DNA of 64,000 nt from Pedobacter sp. UBA4863 (GTDB lineage: Bacteria; Bacteroidota; Bacteroidia; Sphingobacteriales; Sphingobacteriaceae): NCBI RefSeq assembly GCF_002399615.1, contig NZ_DHDZ01000036.1, forward strand, positions 66,091-130,090, given 5' to 3'. The notes under the pieces were generated by a model, which searched no databases, was not told the origin of the DNA, and worked only from the letters and a program-made list of their open reading frames with translations. Both the position numbers and the translations under genes were made by a program. Positions 10,031-20,220 of this stretch are shown here, one piece after another. Within the stretch, counting starts at the first letter, position 1; the number at the start of each line of letters is the position of its first letter.

Positions 10031-10561
10031 ATGAAACACTACATGTTATACCTGGCACTAGGCCTAGCAACTATTTTTGCTTCGTGTACAGCTAAAAAAG
10101 AAAAAGAAGTGGCTATGGCTACTTTAAATTCAACCGCTAACAGCCAGTCTATTGGCTTAGCCAAGTTTTACCAATTGGCAAATGGCGAAATAAAGATGAA
10201 TTTGGAGATAACTATGCCAGAGCGAGCAGATAGTACGGTAGCAGTTCATTTTCACGAACACGGCGATTGTGGCAACATGGGTGAAAATACACATGGCCAC
10301 TGGAATCCAACGAATGAACCTCACGGAAAATGGGATTCGGATGCCTATCACTCTGGTGATATTGGCAACATTGCATTAGATAACAAGGGCTATGCAAAAA
10401 TTTCGGTAAGCACTTTACGCTGGACAGCGGGAGATGGTGATGTTAAAGATATTATTGGCAGAGGAATAATTGTACATGGCGGAACCGATGATTACCAAAC
10501 ACAGCCAACCGGTAATTCTGGGCCAAGAATAGGCTGTGGGGTAATTACAGCAGTGAAGTAG
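10031..10561 (+). CDS. sodC: Cu/Zn superoxide dismutase family lipoprotein
   Basis: Lipobox FASC; HFHEHGDC, HWNP, HGKW, HSGDIGNI, IIVHGG.DD, GNSGPRIGCG metal-ligand motifs. Confidence 0.9.
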   Translation: MKHYMLYLALGLATIFASCTAKKEKEVAMATLNSTANSQSIGLAKFYQLANGEIKMNLEITMPERADSTVAVHFHEHGDCGNMGENTHGHWNPTNEPHGKWDSDAYHSGDIGNIALDNKGYAKISVSTLRWTAGDGDVKDIIGRGIIVHGGTDDYQTQPTGNSGPRIGCGVITAVK

Positions 10562-10566
10562 GATTT

Positions 10567-10597
10567 AAAAGGCAGTTAAAGTTTTAATTGCCTTTTT
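10567..10597 (+). terminator. Intrinsic terminator after sodC
   Basis: aaaaggcagttaaa…tttaattgccttttt. Confidence 0.6.
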
Positions 10598-10646
10598 ATG
10601 GAAATCTTAGTTGGGCCATCATCTTGTTAAAAACTAAATTAAAGAT

Positions 10647-11183
10647 ATGGCCACACTAAACATTCCTCAAAGCGGCAAGGCCGTAAGAGGAAGCGCACGA
10701 AAACCTATACCTGGAGTGGATTTAACCGCCATGGTAGATTTGGCATTTTTGCTGATCACGTTCTTTATGCTCACTACCTCGTTAACCAAAATGAGCGCAA
10801 TGGATATTGCAAAACCTGTACCAGTTGATGATGTAACTCAACTACAACCTTACCCTGCCTCAAAAACCATGACCATTTTGTTGGGCAAAAACCATAAAGT
10901 AGCTTACTTTTTGGGCGAGGCCGAGATAGGCAAGATGCAGCTAGTTAATCTTGAAGAAATTAGGAAGGTAATATTAGACAGCAAAAAGATGGTCGCTAAA
11001 ACCCATTCGTCTTTTGATGATAGAGAGATGTATATCATTGTTAAGCCTACTAATACTGCTGTATTTAAAGATTTTGTAGATGTTATTGACGAAATTCGAA
11101 TTAACAAGGTAAATGTCTATGCCGTAGATGATAAATACCTATTGGATGAGGAAATTAGCTTTATGAAAAATAAAGGAATATAG
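10647..11183 (+). CDS. exbD: ExbD/TolR family protein (stand-alone)
   Basis: VDLTAMVDLAFLLITFFMLTTSL transmembrane motif with the conserved Asp. Confidence 0.85.
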   Translation: MATLNIPQSGKAVRGSARKPIPGVDLTAMVDLAFLLITFFMLTTSLTKMSAMDIAKPVPVDDVTQLQPYPASKTMTILLGKNHKVAYFLGEAEIGKMQLVNLEEIRKVILDSKKMVAKTHSSFDDREMYIIVKPTNTAVFKDFVDVIDEIRINKVNVYAVDDKYLLDEEISFMKNKGI

Positions 11184-11209
11184 AGTTCCTTAGGTTTTTA
11201 CACTAAAAA

Positions 11210-11254
11210 GCCACAGCTACACAAAATGTTTTAAGTCATTTATGTAGCTGTGGC
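11210..11254. repeat. REP-like inverted repeat (GCCACAG family), may also act as terminator
   Basis: gccacagctaca…tgtagctgtggc, 12-bp arms, between convergent genes. Confidence 0.65.
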
Positions 11255-11290
11255 TAAAGATAACCCGCTATGTAATAGGGTTGTAAAATG

Positions 11291-12541
11291 CTATAAACCG
11301 AAAGCGGCTTTAACTTGAGCTACAAAATCTAGTTTTTCCCAAGTAAACAGTTCTACTGTTACTGTTTTCTCCTCACCATTTGGAGATTTAAAGGTTTTGG
11401 TCACCGTTTCGGGTTTACGGCCCATGTGCCCGTAAGCTGCAGTTTCGCTATAAATTGGGTTTCTTAATTTTAAGCGTTGCTCAATAAAGTAAGGGCGCAT
11501 ATCAAAAATACCCTCTACAATTTTAGCAATCTCGCCATCCGTTTTATCAACTTTGCTAGTGCCATAAGTATTAATGTAAATACCCATTGGTTTTGCTACG
11601 CCAATGGCGTAAGAAACTTGAACTAAAATTTCGTCGGCTATGCCTGCAGCAACCAAGTTTTTAGCGATATGGCGTGTAGCATAAGCCGCACTTCTATCTA
11701 CCTTACTTGGGTCTTTTCCAGAGAAAGCACCACCACCATGTGCTCCTTTGCCGCCGTAAGTATCTACAATGATTTTTCTTCCTGTTAAACCAGTATCGCC
11801 ATGTGGGCCACCAATTACGAATTTACCGGTTGGGTTAATATGGTATTGAATTTTATCGTTAAACAAGTGCGCATATTGCGGATTGTTCTTGATAATCCTA
11901 GGAATAAGAATTTTTACCAAGTCTTCCTTAATTTTAGCCAACATTGTTGCTTCTTCAGCAAAATCATCATGTTGGGTAGAAATTACAATGGCATCAATAC
12001 GAACTGGTTTATTGTTGTTGTCATATTCTAAAGTTACTTGAGATTTTGCGTCGGGACGTAAATAAGTAATCTCTTTGTTTTCTCGTCTAAGTACAGCTAA
12101 TTCTTGTAATAGCTTATGAGAAAGATTCAAGGCCAAAGGCATATAATCCTCGGTTTCGCTAGTCGCATAACCAAACATCATTCCTTGGTCGCCAGCACCT
12201 TGCTCTTCTTTATTGCTTCGATCTACACCTTGGTTAATATCTTGAGATTGCTCGTGTATTGCCGAAAGTACGCCGCAAGAATTGGCCTCGAACATATATT
12301 CGCTTTTGGTATAGCCAATTTTTTTGATAACGTCTCTGGTAATTTGCTGAACGTCTAAGTAAGTTTTAGACTTTACTTCTCCCGCTAAAATAACCTGACC
12401 AGTGGTCACCAATGTTTCGCAAGCTACCTTAGATTCTGCATCGAAAGCTAAGAAATTGTCAATTAAAGCATCCGAAATTTGGTCTGCAATTTTATCTGGA
12501 TGACCTTCAGATACAGATTCTGATGTAAATAAATACGACAT
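11291..12541 (-). CDS. metK: S-adenosylmethionine synthetase
   Basis: [42 protein letters not shown] motifs. Confidence 0.98.
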   Translation of the reverse strand: MSYLFTSESVSEGHPDKIADQISDALIDNFLAFDAESKVACETLVTTGQVILAGEVKSKTYLDVQQITRDVIKKIGYTKSEYMFEANSCGVLSAIHEQSQDINQGVDRSNKEEQGAGDQGMMFGYATSETEDYMPLALNLSHKLLQELAVLRRENKEITYLRPDAKSQVTLEYDNNNKPVRIDAIVISTQHDDFAEEATMLAKIKEDLVKILIPRIIKNNPQYAHLFNDKIQYHINPTGKFVIGGPHGDTGLTGRKIIVDTYGGKGAHGGGAFSGKDPSKVDRSAAYATRHIAKNLVAAGIADEILVQVSYAIGVAKPMGIYINTYGTSKVDKTDGEIAKIVEGIFDMRPYFIEQRLKLRNPIYSETAAYGHMGRKPETVTKTFKSPNGEEKTVTVELFTWEKLDFVAQVKAAFGL

Positions 12542-12621
12542 TTAAATTTTTTGTTAAAATTTGAAACAATAAAAGTTAAAATGGAAAAGCCTTTTTACAG
12601 GTTGTAAATAGAAGTGTAGAA

Positions 12622-12694
12622 ATACATTAGCACTTTTTTTTACGTGGTTGCAATCAGTCCCAATTAATCGGTATTAGCAAATCAGTCCACTCTA
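12622..12694 (-). ncRNA. SAM-II-type riboswitch (probably the long-loop variant) upstream of metK
   Basis: Minus strand reads GTGG-aCTGATTTG…TTGCAA-CCAC-gtAAAAAAAAgt-GCTAA: P1 GTGG/CCAC, conserved UGAUUU, UUGCAA and GCUAA elements, just downstream of a TAATTTTG promoter. Confidence 0.75.
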
Positions 12695-12700
12695 ACGCTG

Positions 12701-12708
12701 CAAAATTA
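12701..12708 (-). promoter_or_regulatory. Bacteroidota sigma-A -7 element for metK
   Basis: Reverse complement TAATTTTG(C) matches TAnnTTTG. Confidence 0.65.
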
Positions 12709-12763
12709 CTACAATAAATTTTAATACTCAAAAATTATCGATTATTTTGTGTACTAAATATTT

Positions 12764-13648
12764 ATGTCGATAAATAAATCTAATATCCTTTTTATTATTA
12801 ACCCAATTTCTGGCGGAAAAAAGAAATCGAGTTTACCTGCGCTGATAGATGAACATCTTGATAAGGAGAAGTTTGTTCCGGTCTATACCTTTACCGAATA
12901 TATTGGCCATGCCTCGGAATTAGCCGAAGAAGCCGAAAAAAAAGATTACGATATTATTGTTGCAGTAGGTGGCGATGGAACCATTAACGAAGTAGCCAGT
13001 AAGCTAGTGCATAGCGATAAGATTCTGGCCGTTATCCCTTTTGGCTCTGGCAACGGATTGGCAAGGTTCTTAAATGTTCCGCTGAATGCAAAAAAGGCAA
13101 TAGCTTTAATAAATACAGCAACATACCAAGTAATAGACACGGCCGAGTTAAATGGTAAAAAATTCTTTAATATGGCAGGGATGGGCTTTGATGCCCATTT
13201 AAGCGCTGTGTTTGCCGGAAACAAAAAACGTGGACTAAGAAGTTATGTAGAATTGGGTTTTAAGGAAATTACAACTTACAAAGCACAGGGCTACCAGATA
13301 GAGATTGATGGCGAAAGTTATGATGGAGATGCTTTTGCAATTAGTATTGCCAACTCATCGCAATATGGCAACAACGTTTATATCTCTCCAAAATCTTCTT
13401 TAACAGATGGCTATTTAGATGTTTGTATTATACATCCTATTTCTTTGGTAAAGTTACCCGTATTGGCCTTTCAAATGATTATGGCAAAAACACATCGATC
13501 TAGTTTGGTGAAAATTATTAGAGGAAAACACATCAAGATTACAAGAAATGCCCCAGGTGCGGTACATTTAGATGGCGAACCTTTACAGTTGGCCGAGCAA
13601 TTAGAAATAAAAATCATTCCGGCATCGTTAAAAATATTAAGTAACTAA
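12764..13648 (+). CDS. Diacylglycerol kinase family (YegS/DagK-like) lipid kinase
   Basis: IINPISG, VGGDGTINEV, PFGSGNGLA, NSSQYG, HLDGE motifs. Confidence 0.9.
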   Translation: MSINKSNILFIINPISGGKKKSSLPALIDEHLDKEKFVPVYTFTEYIGHASELAEEAEKKDYDIIVAVGGDGTINEVASKLVHSDKILAVIPFGSGNGLARFLNVPLNAKKAIALINTATYQVIDTAELNGKKFFNMAGMGFDAHLSAVFAGNKKRGLRSYVELGFKEITTYKAQGYQIEIDGESYDGDAFAISIANSSQYGNNVYISPKSSLTDGYLDVCIIHPISLVKLPVLAFQMIMAKTHRSSLVKIIRGKHIKITRNAPGAVHLDGEPLQLAEQLEIKIIPASLKILSN

Positions 13649-13690
13649 GGCTGTAACCTACCCAACTACTTTTCGTAAATCCTTATAGAA

Positions 13691-14047
13691 ATGAGCAAGC
13701 AAAAGAAAAACGTATTTAATGATTTTAGTGGAATCATGTTTTCTACTGACCCTGAGTTTGTTTATGAAAGTGCTGAGGCAGAAGAACAAGAAACCTTGCC
13801 CAATGAAAAGCAAGATTTAAGAGTAATGCTAGACCGAAAAAATAGAGGTGGAAAAACGGTAACACTAATAACAGGGTTTATAGGAAAGGAGACCGATTTG
13901 GAACTGCTTGCCAAAACTTTGAAGACAAAGTGTGGCGTTGGGGGGGCGGCAAAAGGCGGCGAAATTATTCTTCAGGGAGATTTTAAAGAAAAAGTGTTTT
14001 TATTTCTGCAAAAAGAGCACTATAAAGTGAAGAAGTCTGGAGGTTGA
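13691..14047 (+). CDS. SUI1/YciH family translation initiation factor
   Basis: RKNRGGKTVT…LKTKCGVGG…IILQGD pattern. Confidence 0.88.
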   Translation: MSKQKKNVFNDFSGIMFSTDPEFVYESAEAEEQETLPNEKQDLRVMLDRKNRGGKTVTLITGFIGKETDLELLAKTLKTKCGVGGAAKGGEIILQGDFKEKVFLFLQKEHYKVKKSGG

Positions 14048-14153
14048 GTTTTTGTTTTTAATTGCCTGTTTTGCAGTTAATTATATCTTAGTGTAGTTGG
14101 CACAATAAGTGAAATTTTATTTAAAATCGGCCATTTTTGGATAAATAACTCCT

Positions 14154-14161
14154 TAGCTTTG
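14154..14161 (+). promoter_or_regulatory. -7 promoter element for pckA
   Basis: TAGCTTTG 21 bp upstream of the ATG. Confidence 0.55.
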
Positions 14162-14182
14162 GGGCGTATTTAAACCGAAAAT

Positions 14183-15787
14183 ATGACCAAATATAGTACT
14201 CAAAAACCTCAGTTAGATTATCTGGGTTTGGCTTCGCTGCAGTTTAAATATCAGCTTAGCATACCCGAATTAGTTGAAGAAGCCTTAAAAAACGGCGAGG
14301 GAACCTTGGCCGATTCTGGAGCACTGGCTATAGATACAGGGAAATTTAAAGGGCGATCGCCCAAAGATAGATTTGTGGTAGCTGATAATGTTACCAACGA
14401 AACCGTTTGGTGGGGCGATATTAATATTAAACTAAGTACAGCACATTTTGATTCTATTTATCAGAAAATGTTGGCTTATTTAAAAGATAAACACGCCTAT
14501 GTAAGAGATGCCTATGCTTGTGCCGATAAAAATTACCGTACTTCTATTAGGGTAATAACAGAGCATGCTTTTCAAAATATATTTGCCAATAACCTTTTCC
14601 TAAGATACGATAATGAAGAATTGCCGCAGCAACCAGAATGGACAATTATTGCCATTCCTTCATTTTTGGCCAACCCACAAACCGATGGTACAAGACAGGA
14701 AAACTTCTCTATCTTAAATTTTTCGAAAAAAATTATCTTAATAGGTGGCACAGCTTACACTGGCGAAATAAAAAAAGGTATTTTCTCTGTACTTAATTTT
14801 GTGTTGCCTAAAGAGCGTAATACCTTGTCTATGCACTGCTCTGCAAATGTGGGCAAAGATGGCGATACGGCCGTGTTCTTTGGCTTGTCGGGCACGGGTA
14901 AAACCACGCTTTCTGCCGATCCGGAAAGAGCATTAGTAGGTGATGATGAGCATGGTTGGGGCGAGGATAATGTTTTTAACTTTGAGGGAGGCTGCTATGC
15001 CAAATGCGTAGATTTAACCGCAGAGAAAGAGCCCCAGATATTTAATGCTATAAAATTTGGAGCTTTATTAGAGAACATTAATTATTTCCCGAACACTAGA
15101 GCGGTAGATTTTGCTAATATAGAAAAAACCGAAAATACCCGGGTAGCTTACCCATTACACCATATTAGTAATGCTGTAGAGCCTTCGGTAGCACCAGTGC
15201 CCAAAAATATTTTCTTTTTAACTGCCGATGCCTTTGGCGTACTTCCGCCAATATCAAAGTTAACGCCAGGTCAAGCAATGTTTCATTTTATTTCTGGCTA
15301 TACCGCAAAGGTTGCCGGTACCGAAACGGGCATAACCGAGCCACAGCTAACTTTTTCGGCCTGTTTTGGGAAAGCTTTCTTACCTCTGCACCCTACATCC
15401 TATGCCAAATTATTGGGCGAAAAAATGAAAAAGCACCAAGTAAATGTGTGGTTGGTTAATACCGGATGGAGCGGCGGACCTTATGGCGTTGGTAATAGAA
15501 TGAAATTAAACTATACCAGGGCAATGATTACAGCAGCGCTTAACGGAGAATTAGAAAATGCCAATTTTAAAGAACATGCCATCTTCGGATTAGCCATGCC
15601 TACCACCTGTAGCCAAGTGCCATCAGAAATTTTAGACCCTCGAAACACCTGGGAAAACCCCGAAGTATATGACCTTAAGGCGAACGAATTGGCGAAAGCT
15701 TTTTTAGCTAATTTTAAAGAGTTCGAAGCGTTTGCCGACGATGAATTGAAAAAAGGTATGCCTAAAATGAATGAAATTGCGGTTTAA
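14183..15787 (+). CDS. pckA: Phosphoenolpyruvate carboxykinase (ATP)
   Basis: GRSPKD, YTGEIKK, GLSGTGKTTLS, GDDEHGW, NFEGGCYAK motifs. Confidence 0.97.
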   Translation: MTKYSTQKPQLDYLGLASLQFKYQLSIPELVEEALKNGEGTLADSGALAIDTGKFKGRSPKDRFVVADNVTNETVWWGDINIKLSTAHFDSIYQKMLAYLKDKHAYVRDAYACADKNYRTSIRVITEHAFQNIFANNLFLRYDNEELPQQPEWTIIAIPSFLANPQTDGTRQENFSILNFSKKIILIGGTAYTGEIKKGIFSVLNFVLPKERNTLSMHCSANVGKDGDTAVFFGLSGTGKTTLSADPERALVGDDEHGWGEDNVFNFEGGCYAKCVDLTAEKEPQIFNAIKFGALLENINYFPNTRAVDFANIEKTENTRVAYPLHHISNAVEPSVAPVPKNIFFLTADAFGVLPPISKLTPGQAMFHFISGYTAKVAGTETGITEPQLTFSACFGKAFLPLHPTSYAKLLGEKMKKHQVNVWLVNTGWSGGPYGVGNRMKLNYTRAMITAALNGELENANFKEHAIFGLAMPTTCSQVPSEILDPRNTWENPEVYDLKANELAKAFLANFKEFEAFADDELKKGMPKMNEIAV

Positions 15788-15842
15788 TGCATTTTTTCGA
15801 TCAAAAATTTGCTTTTGATTAAATTTTTAGTTTTAATTGCGG

Positions 15843-15871
15843 AAAGATTGCCTCCCAAGGCAATCTTTTTT
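15843..15871 (+). terminator. Intrinsic terminator after pckA
   Basis: aaagattgcct-ccca-aggcaatctttttt. Confidence 0.75.
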
Positions 15872-15947
15872 AGTTAAGAGCACTTTCGGCTTAAGTAACG
15901 AATTAATTGTGTATCGAATATTTAATTTGTAATTTAAATCAAAATTA

Positions 15948-15955
15948 TAAATTTG
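15948..15955 (+). promoter_or_regulatory. -7 promoter element for exbB cluster
   Basis: TAAATTTG(C), with TTTG at 15926..15929 as a possible -33. Confidence 0.6.
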
Positions 15956-16051
15956 CTTCCGCAACAATTCAGACTAAGGTCACGTTGTGTGTATTAACTT
16001 ATATTTAAGAAATTTTAAAAAACAAGTACTAAACTAAAAAATTCAAAAAAA

Positions 16052-16882
16052 ATGGCAAACGCACCAAAACCTACAGCAGCTAAAAACGAGGGAAGCTCGT
16101 CGGCATCAAACTTATTTGCAACATTGGTTATCCCTATCTGTATTATTATAGGTATTTCAATTTTTAAATTTGTGTTAGGTGACGCAAACAACTTTATCGA
16201 CAACAACGTTGAAAACTTACCTAAACAAGGAAACTATGCAGGTATGGCATACAAGGGAGGTCCAATTGTGGCAATCTTAATTGGTTTGTTACTAATGGTA
16301 ATCGTTTTCTCAGTAGAGCGTATGATTGTGATTGGAAAAGCAACAGGTAAAGGAAGCTTACAATCTTTCGTTACTAAAATTCAAGGTTTCTTGAAATCGA
16401 ACAATATTTCTGCTGCTATTGCAGAGTGTGATAAACAACAAGGTTCAGTAGCTAACGTAATCAAGTCTGGCTTGAAAAAATATAGCGAAGTAGAAACCGA
16501 CTCAAGATTAGATGTAGAACAATCTGTATTGGCTATCCAAAAAGATATCGAAGAAGCAACTACATTAGAAATGCCAATGTTAGAGCAAAACTTAACTGTA
16601 ATTGCAACCTTAGTATCAATTGGTACATTAACAGGTTTATTAGGTACAGTAACAGGTATGATCAAGGCCTTCGCCGGTTTGGCAAACTCTGGTGCACCAG
16701 ATCAAGCAGCATTAGCGGTAGGTATTTCTGAGGCCTTAATGTGTACAGCTACAGGTATCGGTACTTCTACTATTGCAATTATCATGTATAACATCTTAAC
16801 TTCTAAAATTGATAAATTAACTTATGCAATTGACGAAGCTGGATTTAGCATTGTTCAAACTTACGCAAGTACCCATAAATAA
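16052..16882 (+). CDS. exbB: MotA/TolQ/ExbB proton channel protein
   Basis: GLLGTVTGMIKAF…GISEAL..TA.G motif; three TM segments. Confidence 0.93.
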   Translation: MANAPKPTAAKNEGSSSASNLFATLVIPICIIIGISIFKFVLGDANNFIDNNVENLPKQGNYAGMAYKGGPIVAILIGLLLMVIVFSVERMIVIGKATGKGSLQSFVTKIQGFLKSNNISAAIAECDKQQGSVANVIKSGLKKYSEVETDSRLDVEQSVLAIQKDIEEATTLEMPMLEQNLTVIATLVSIGTLTGLLGTVTGMIKAFAGLANSGAPDQAALAVGISEALMCTATGIGTSTIAIIMYNILTSKIDKLTYAIDEAGFSIVQTYASTHK

Positions 16883-16966
16883 GAATTATTAAAAATCTTT
16901 TGCCGGCTTTATGGAAAACCGGTACAATTAACATCATTAATAAAAAGATTGAAATAATTTATAATT

Positions 16967-17584
16967 ATGGCTAAAGCAAAAGTAAAAAGAAGCAGTACTT
17001 CGATCGATATGACCGCCATGTGCGATGTGTCGTTCTTATTACTTACCTTCTTTATTTTAACGGCCACGGCTCGTCAGCCAGACCCGTTAGAGATTGCCAC
17101 GCCTTCATCTACGGTACAATATAAATTGCCAGATAAAGGAGTGGTAGTAGTGAGCATAGGTAAAGGAAGAGTGTTCCTAGACATTGTTGGTCAAGACGTA
17201 AAAAAGGCAACTTTACAACGTATGGGCTCGGTTTACGGCGTAACCTTTACAGATGAGGAAGTTAAGCGTTTTCAAGTTGTACAAGCATTTGGTGTGCCTT
17301 TTGGCAGCTTAAAGCAGTTTTTGGCAATGGACGCAACACAACGTGAAAAATCAGGTATTCAATCAGGTATTCCGTTAGATTCTACCAAAAACAACGAGTT
17401 GTATAACTGGTTAAAAGAAGCTCGCCAAGCTAACGCAGAGATTTACGGTATCGATTTGAATGCTGCTATTAAAGGTGATTCGAAAACAGAATACCCTGCA
17501 ATTCGTAAGGTTATCGATGTTTTTCAAAGCCAAAAAATTAACAAATTTAGTTTAATTACATCGTCGGAAGGCGTAGAAAAATAA
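16967..17584 (+). CDS. exbD: ExbD/TolR family protein
   Basis: IDMTAMCDVSFLLLTFFIL motif. Confidence 0.9.
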   Translation: MAKAKVKRSSTSIDMTAMCDVSFLLLTFFILTATARQPDPLEIATPSSTVQYKLPDKGVVVVSIGKGRVFLDIVGQDVKKATLQRMGSVYGVTFTDEEVKRFQVVQAFGVPFGSLKQFLAMDATQREKSGIQSGIPLDSTKNNELYNWLKEARQANAEIYGIDLNAAIKGDSKTEYPAIRKVIDVFQSQKINKFSLITSSEGVEK

Positions 17585-17592
17585 GATAAGCT

Positions 17593-18138
17593 ATGGCAGA
17601 ATTAGACACCTCCTCCGGCGGAGGTAAAAAAGGCGGCAAAGTAAGAACCAAGAAACAAGCCACCAAAGTAGATTTAACTGCGATGGTTGATTTAGCCTTC
17701 TTACTAATTACCTTCTTCATGTTAACCACATCTTTATCTAAGCCAGCAGCTATGGAAATAGCAAAGCCTGATAAAGATGCTAAAGATGAGAACAGACTGG
17801 AGTTGAGAGAATCGCAAACAATGACTATTTTACTTGGAAAAAATGATAAAATAGCATGGTACATGGGCCAGGCTGGAAAAACTGCTCCAACCATTGAAGG
17901 ATTTGACGACATTACGTCAACACTGTTGGCCAACAAAAAGAAAGTTAAAGAATCCACAGGACGTGATATTGTAATTATTGTGAAACCTACCGATGGATCT
18001 ACATACAAAAACTTTGTAGATATCATGGATGAGATTGCAATCACAAAAACTAATATTAATGCACCTGCAGTAGATGATGATCCTAATCATATCTTAGATA
18101 GCGAGAAAGAGTTCATGAAATCTAAAGGGATTTTTTAA
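17593..18138 (+). CDS. exbD: ExbD/TolR family protein (second copy)
   Basis: VDLTAMVDLAFLLITFFML motif. Confidence 0.9.
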   Translation: MAELDTSSGGGKKGGKVRTKKQATKVDLTAMVDLAFLLITFFMLTTSLSKPAAMEIAKPDKDAKDENRLELRESQTMTILLGKNDKIAWYMGQAGKTAPTIEGFDDITSTLLANKKKVKESTGRDIVIIVKPTDGSTYKNFVDIMDEIAITKTNINAPAVDDDPNHILDSEKEFMKSKGIF

Positions 18139-18166
18139 GAAGTGATCATAAATAAAAAATTGAACA

Positions 18167-18982
18167 ATGTCTAAAATAGATTTATTTAATAAGAAGTGGA
18201 TCGATGTTGTGTTCGAAGACAAGAACAAAAGTTACGGGGCTTACCAGCTGCGTCAACAAAATTCTTGGAATACTACTAAATCATTACTTCTTGCTGGTTC
18301 GGTTTTCGTTTTCCTTTTCTTTGTACCGAAAATTTATTCGATGATAAAAGGAATGGCGCCACAAGAAGCAGAAGAGACAGTAACCGAGGTGATTATGCAA
18401 CCACCTCCGCCAATTAACCCAGAGGTTAAAACACCTCCTCCGGTAGAGCCACCTCCACCAAAGCAGGATCAGGTGAAATTTCCTCCGCCAATTGTAAAAC
18501 CAGATAACGAAGTGCGTGACGAGAAACCACCAACCGTGGAAGACTTGAAAAAAGCTGATCCGGGACAAAAAACAATGGAAGGTGACCCAACTGCAGACGT
18601 AGTTGCCATCGGACCTGTAGGTGAAGGACCTAAGCAAGCAGTGGTTGTAGAAGACAACACGGTTTACAGCTTTGTAAGTATGGAAAATCCTCCTGCTTAT
18701 CCGGGCGGTATAGAGAAGTTCTACAAGTTTTTGGGAGATAACATTAAATACCCACCAATGGCTGCAGAAAACAACATACAAGGTAATGTGTTCGTGTCAT
18801 TTACTGTAGAAAAAGACGGAGCTTTAACCGATATTAAAATCGACAGAAAGCTAGGCTACGGCACCGACGAAGAAGCAGTACGTGTTTTGAAACTGAGCAA
18901 ACGTTGGAACCCAGGTATGCAAAACGGGAAACCTGTACGTGTGAAGTATAACATCCCAATTAAATTTAGCTTACAACAATAG
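18167..18982 (+). CDS. tonB: Energy transducer TonB
   Basis: KSYGAY.LR, single TM, Pro-rich linker, TonB C-terminal domain (IKYP…QG.VFVSF.VEKDG…W.PG..NGKPVRV). Confidence 0.93.
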   Translation: MSKIDLFNKKWIDVVFEDKNKSYGAYQLRQQNSWNTTKSLLLAGSVFVFLFFVPKIYSMIKGMAPQEAEETVTEVIMQPPPPINPEVKTPPPVEPPPPKQDQVKFPPPIVKPDNEVRDEKPPTVEDLKKADPGQKTMEGDPTADVVAIGPVGEGPKQAVVVEDNTVYSFVSMENPPAYPGGIEKFYKFLGDNIKYPPMAAENNIQGNVFVSFTVEKDGALTDIKIDRKLGYGTDEEAVRVLKLSKRWNPGMQNGKPVRVKYNIPIKFSLQQ

Positions 18983-18988
18983 TTAAGC

Positions 18989-19228
18989 ATGTTTAATTTG
19001 AATTTTTTCAAACAGAAATCGCCTCAACAGCGATTTCTGTTTATTTTAGGACTTGCCATGATGATTATCTATCTTGGCATAAGCGTAGTGATTATTTTCT
19101 TTCACGAGCTATTAAGATTAGACCCTAATAAGTTTCCGAGAAATTACCAAATAGCCTTTGCAGTAGTTTTAATAATCTATGCATTCATCAGGTTTTTTAG
19201 GATCTTAAGAGATAACAAAGTAGAATGA
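18989..19228 (+). CDS. Small two-TM membrane protein
   Basis: Two hydrophobic segments; tightly packed in the operon (TGA/ATG overlap with the next gene). Confidence 0.7.
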   Translation: MFNLNFFKQKSPQQRFLFILGLAMMIIYLGISVVIIFFHELLRLDPNKFPRNYQIAFAVVLIIYAFIRFFRILRDNKVE

Positions 19229-20148
19229 GAAACGTACCGATTTTAACGCTTATCACGATGCTAATGTTCATCTGTTTTTCATGTAATAGAAAGACAAATG
19301 AAGAGCATGTTGGAGAGAAGCGGACTTCTGGAACTACAACCATATTGGTTGATGAAACCTACGCTAATATCTTAGATCAGCAAATAGAAGTATTTGAGGC
19401 CGATTATACTGCGGCCAAGGTAAAAACGGTAATAGGTAACGAAAGTGAAATTATGCCCAAGTTTAGAAATGGCGACGTAAAAATGCTAGTCGTTTCTAGA
19501 ATGTTAAAACCAACTGACGAGAAATTTTATAAAGAGCGCAAAAGCCCAATTTATGTAGATAGATTTGCCATAGACGGCTTGGCCCTTATTGTAAATAAAG
19601 CAAATACAGACAGTACCATTACGGTAACAGCAGCGTTTGATATCATGAGGGGAACAGCTAAGAGCGGTAAAAAATTGGTTTTTGATAATGCTTACTCTAG
19701 TACTATCAGGTATTTTATAGATTCGGCCGGAATTAAAGAATTACCTAAGCAAGGTGTTTATACCTTAAAAACAACTAACGACGTTATTAAATATGTAGCA
19801 GAAAATAACGACTATATTGGTGTTATTGGCGTTAATTGGTTGTTAAAAAATGTTAAAGAATCTTCAACATACCTTTCTAAAATTAAAACCTTGGGTGTTA
19901 AAGATACGCGTAAAAAAGACGGCGGAGAAGCCTACTACAAGCCAACACAAGAGAATTTGATCAATGGGAAATATCCTTTTTTGCGAAATGTTTACATTAT
20001 TAACGCAGAAGGGACTAATGGTTTAGGCACGGGATTTGCAAATTGGTTAACCAGCCCTAGGGGGCAGCTAATAGTACTAAAATCCGGGTTAGGTCCGCAC
20101 GAAGTAGCAGAAAGACAATTTAATTTAAAAACTAATAATAAAAACTAA
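19225..20148 (+). CDS. PstS-like periplasmic binding lipoprotein (PBP domain)
   Basis: Lipobox CFSC; SGTTTILVDET, A.DGLALIVN, YP..RNVYIIN motifs. Confidence 0.82.
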   Translation: MRNVPILTLITMLMFICFSCNRKTNEEHVGEKRTSGTTTILVDETYANILDQQIEVFEADYTAAKVKTVIGNESEIMPKFRNGDVKMLVVSRMLKPTDEKFYKERKSPIYVDRFAIDGLALIVNKANTDSTITVTAAFDIMRGTAKSGKKLVFDNAYSSTIRYFIDSAGIKELPKQGVYTLKTTNDVIKYVAENNDYIGVIGVNWLLKNVKESSTYLSKIKTLGVKDTRKKDGGEAYYKPTQENLINGKYPFLRNVYIINAEGTNGLGTGFANWLTSPRGQLIVLKSGLGPHEVAERQFNLKTNNKN

Positions 20149-20220
20149 TTATTCAACTTAGAGAAATATTCAGTACTGTACATACAGTGATAAGTTATTT
20201 CAAATTTACAAATAGAGACA

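Noticed and set aside
19225-20148. Calling this gene pstS of a phosphate ABC importer
   Set aside because: No pstC/pstA/pstB nearby; only the fold is supported.
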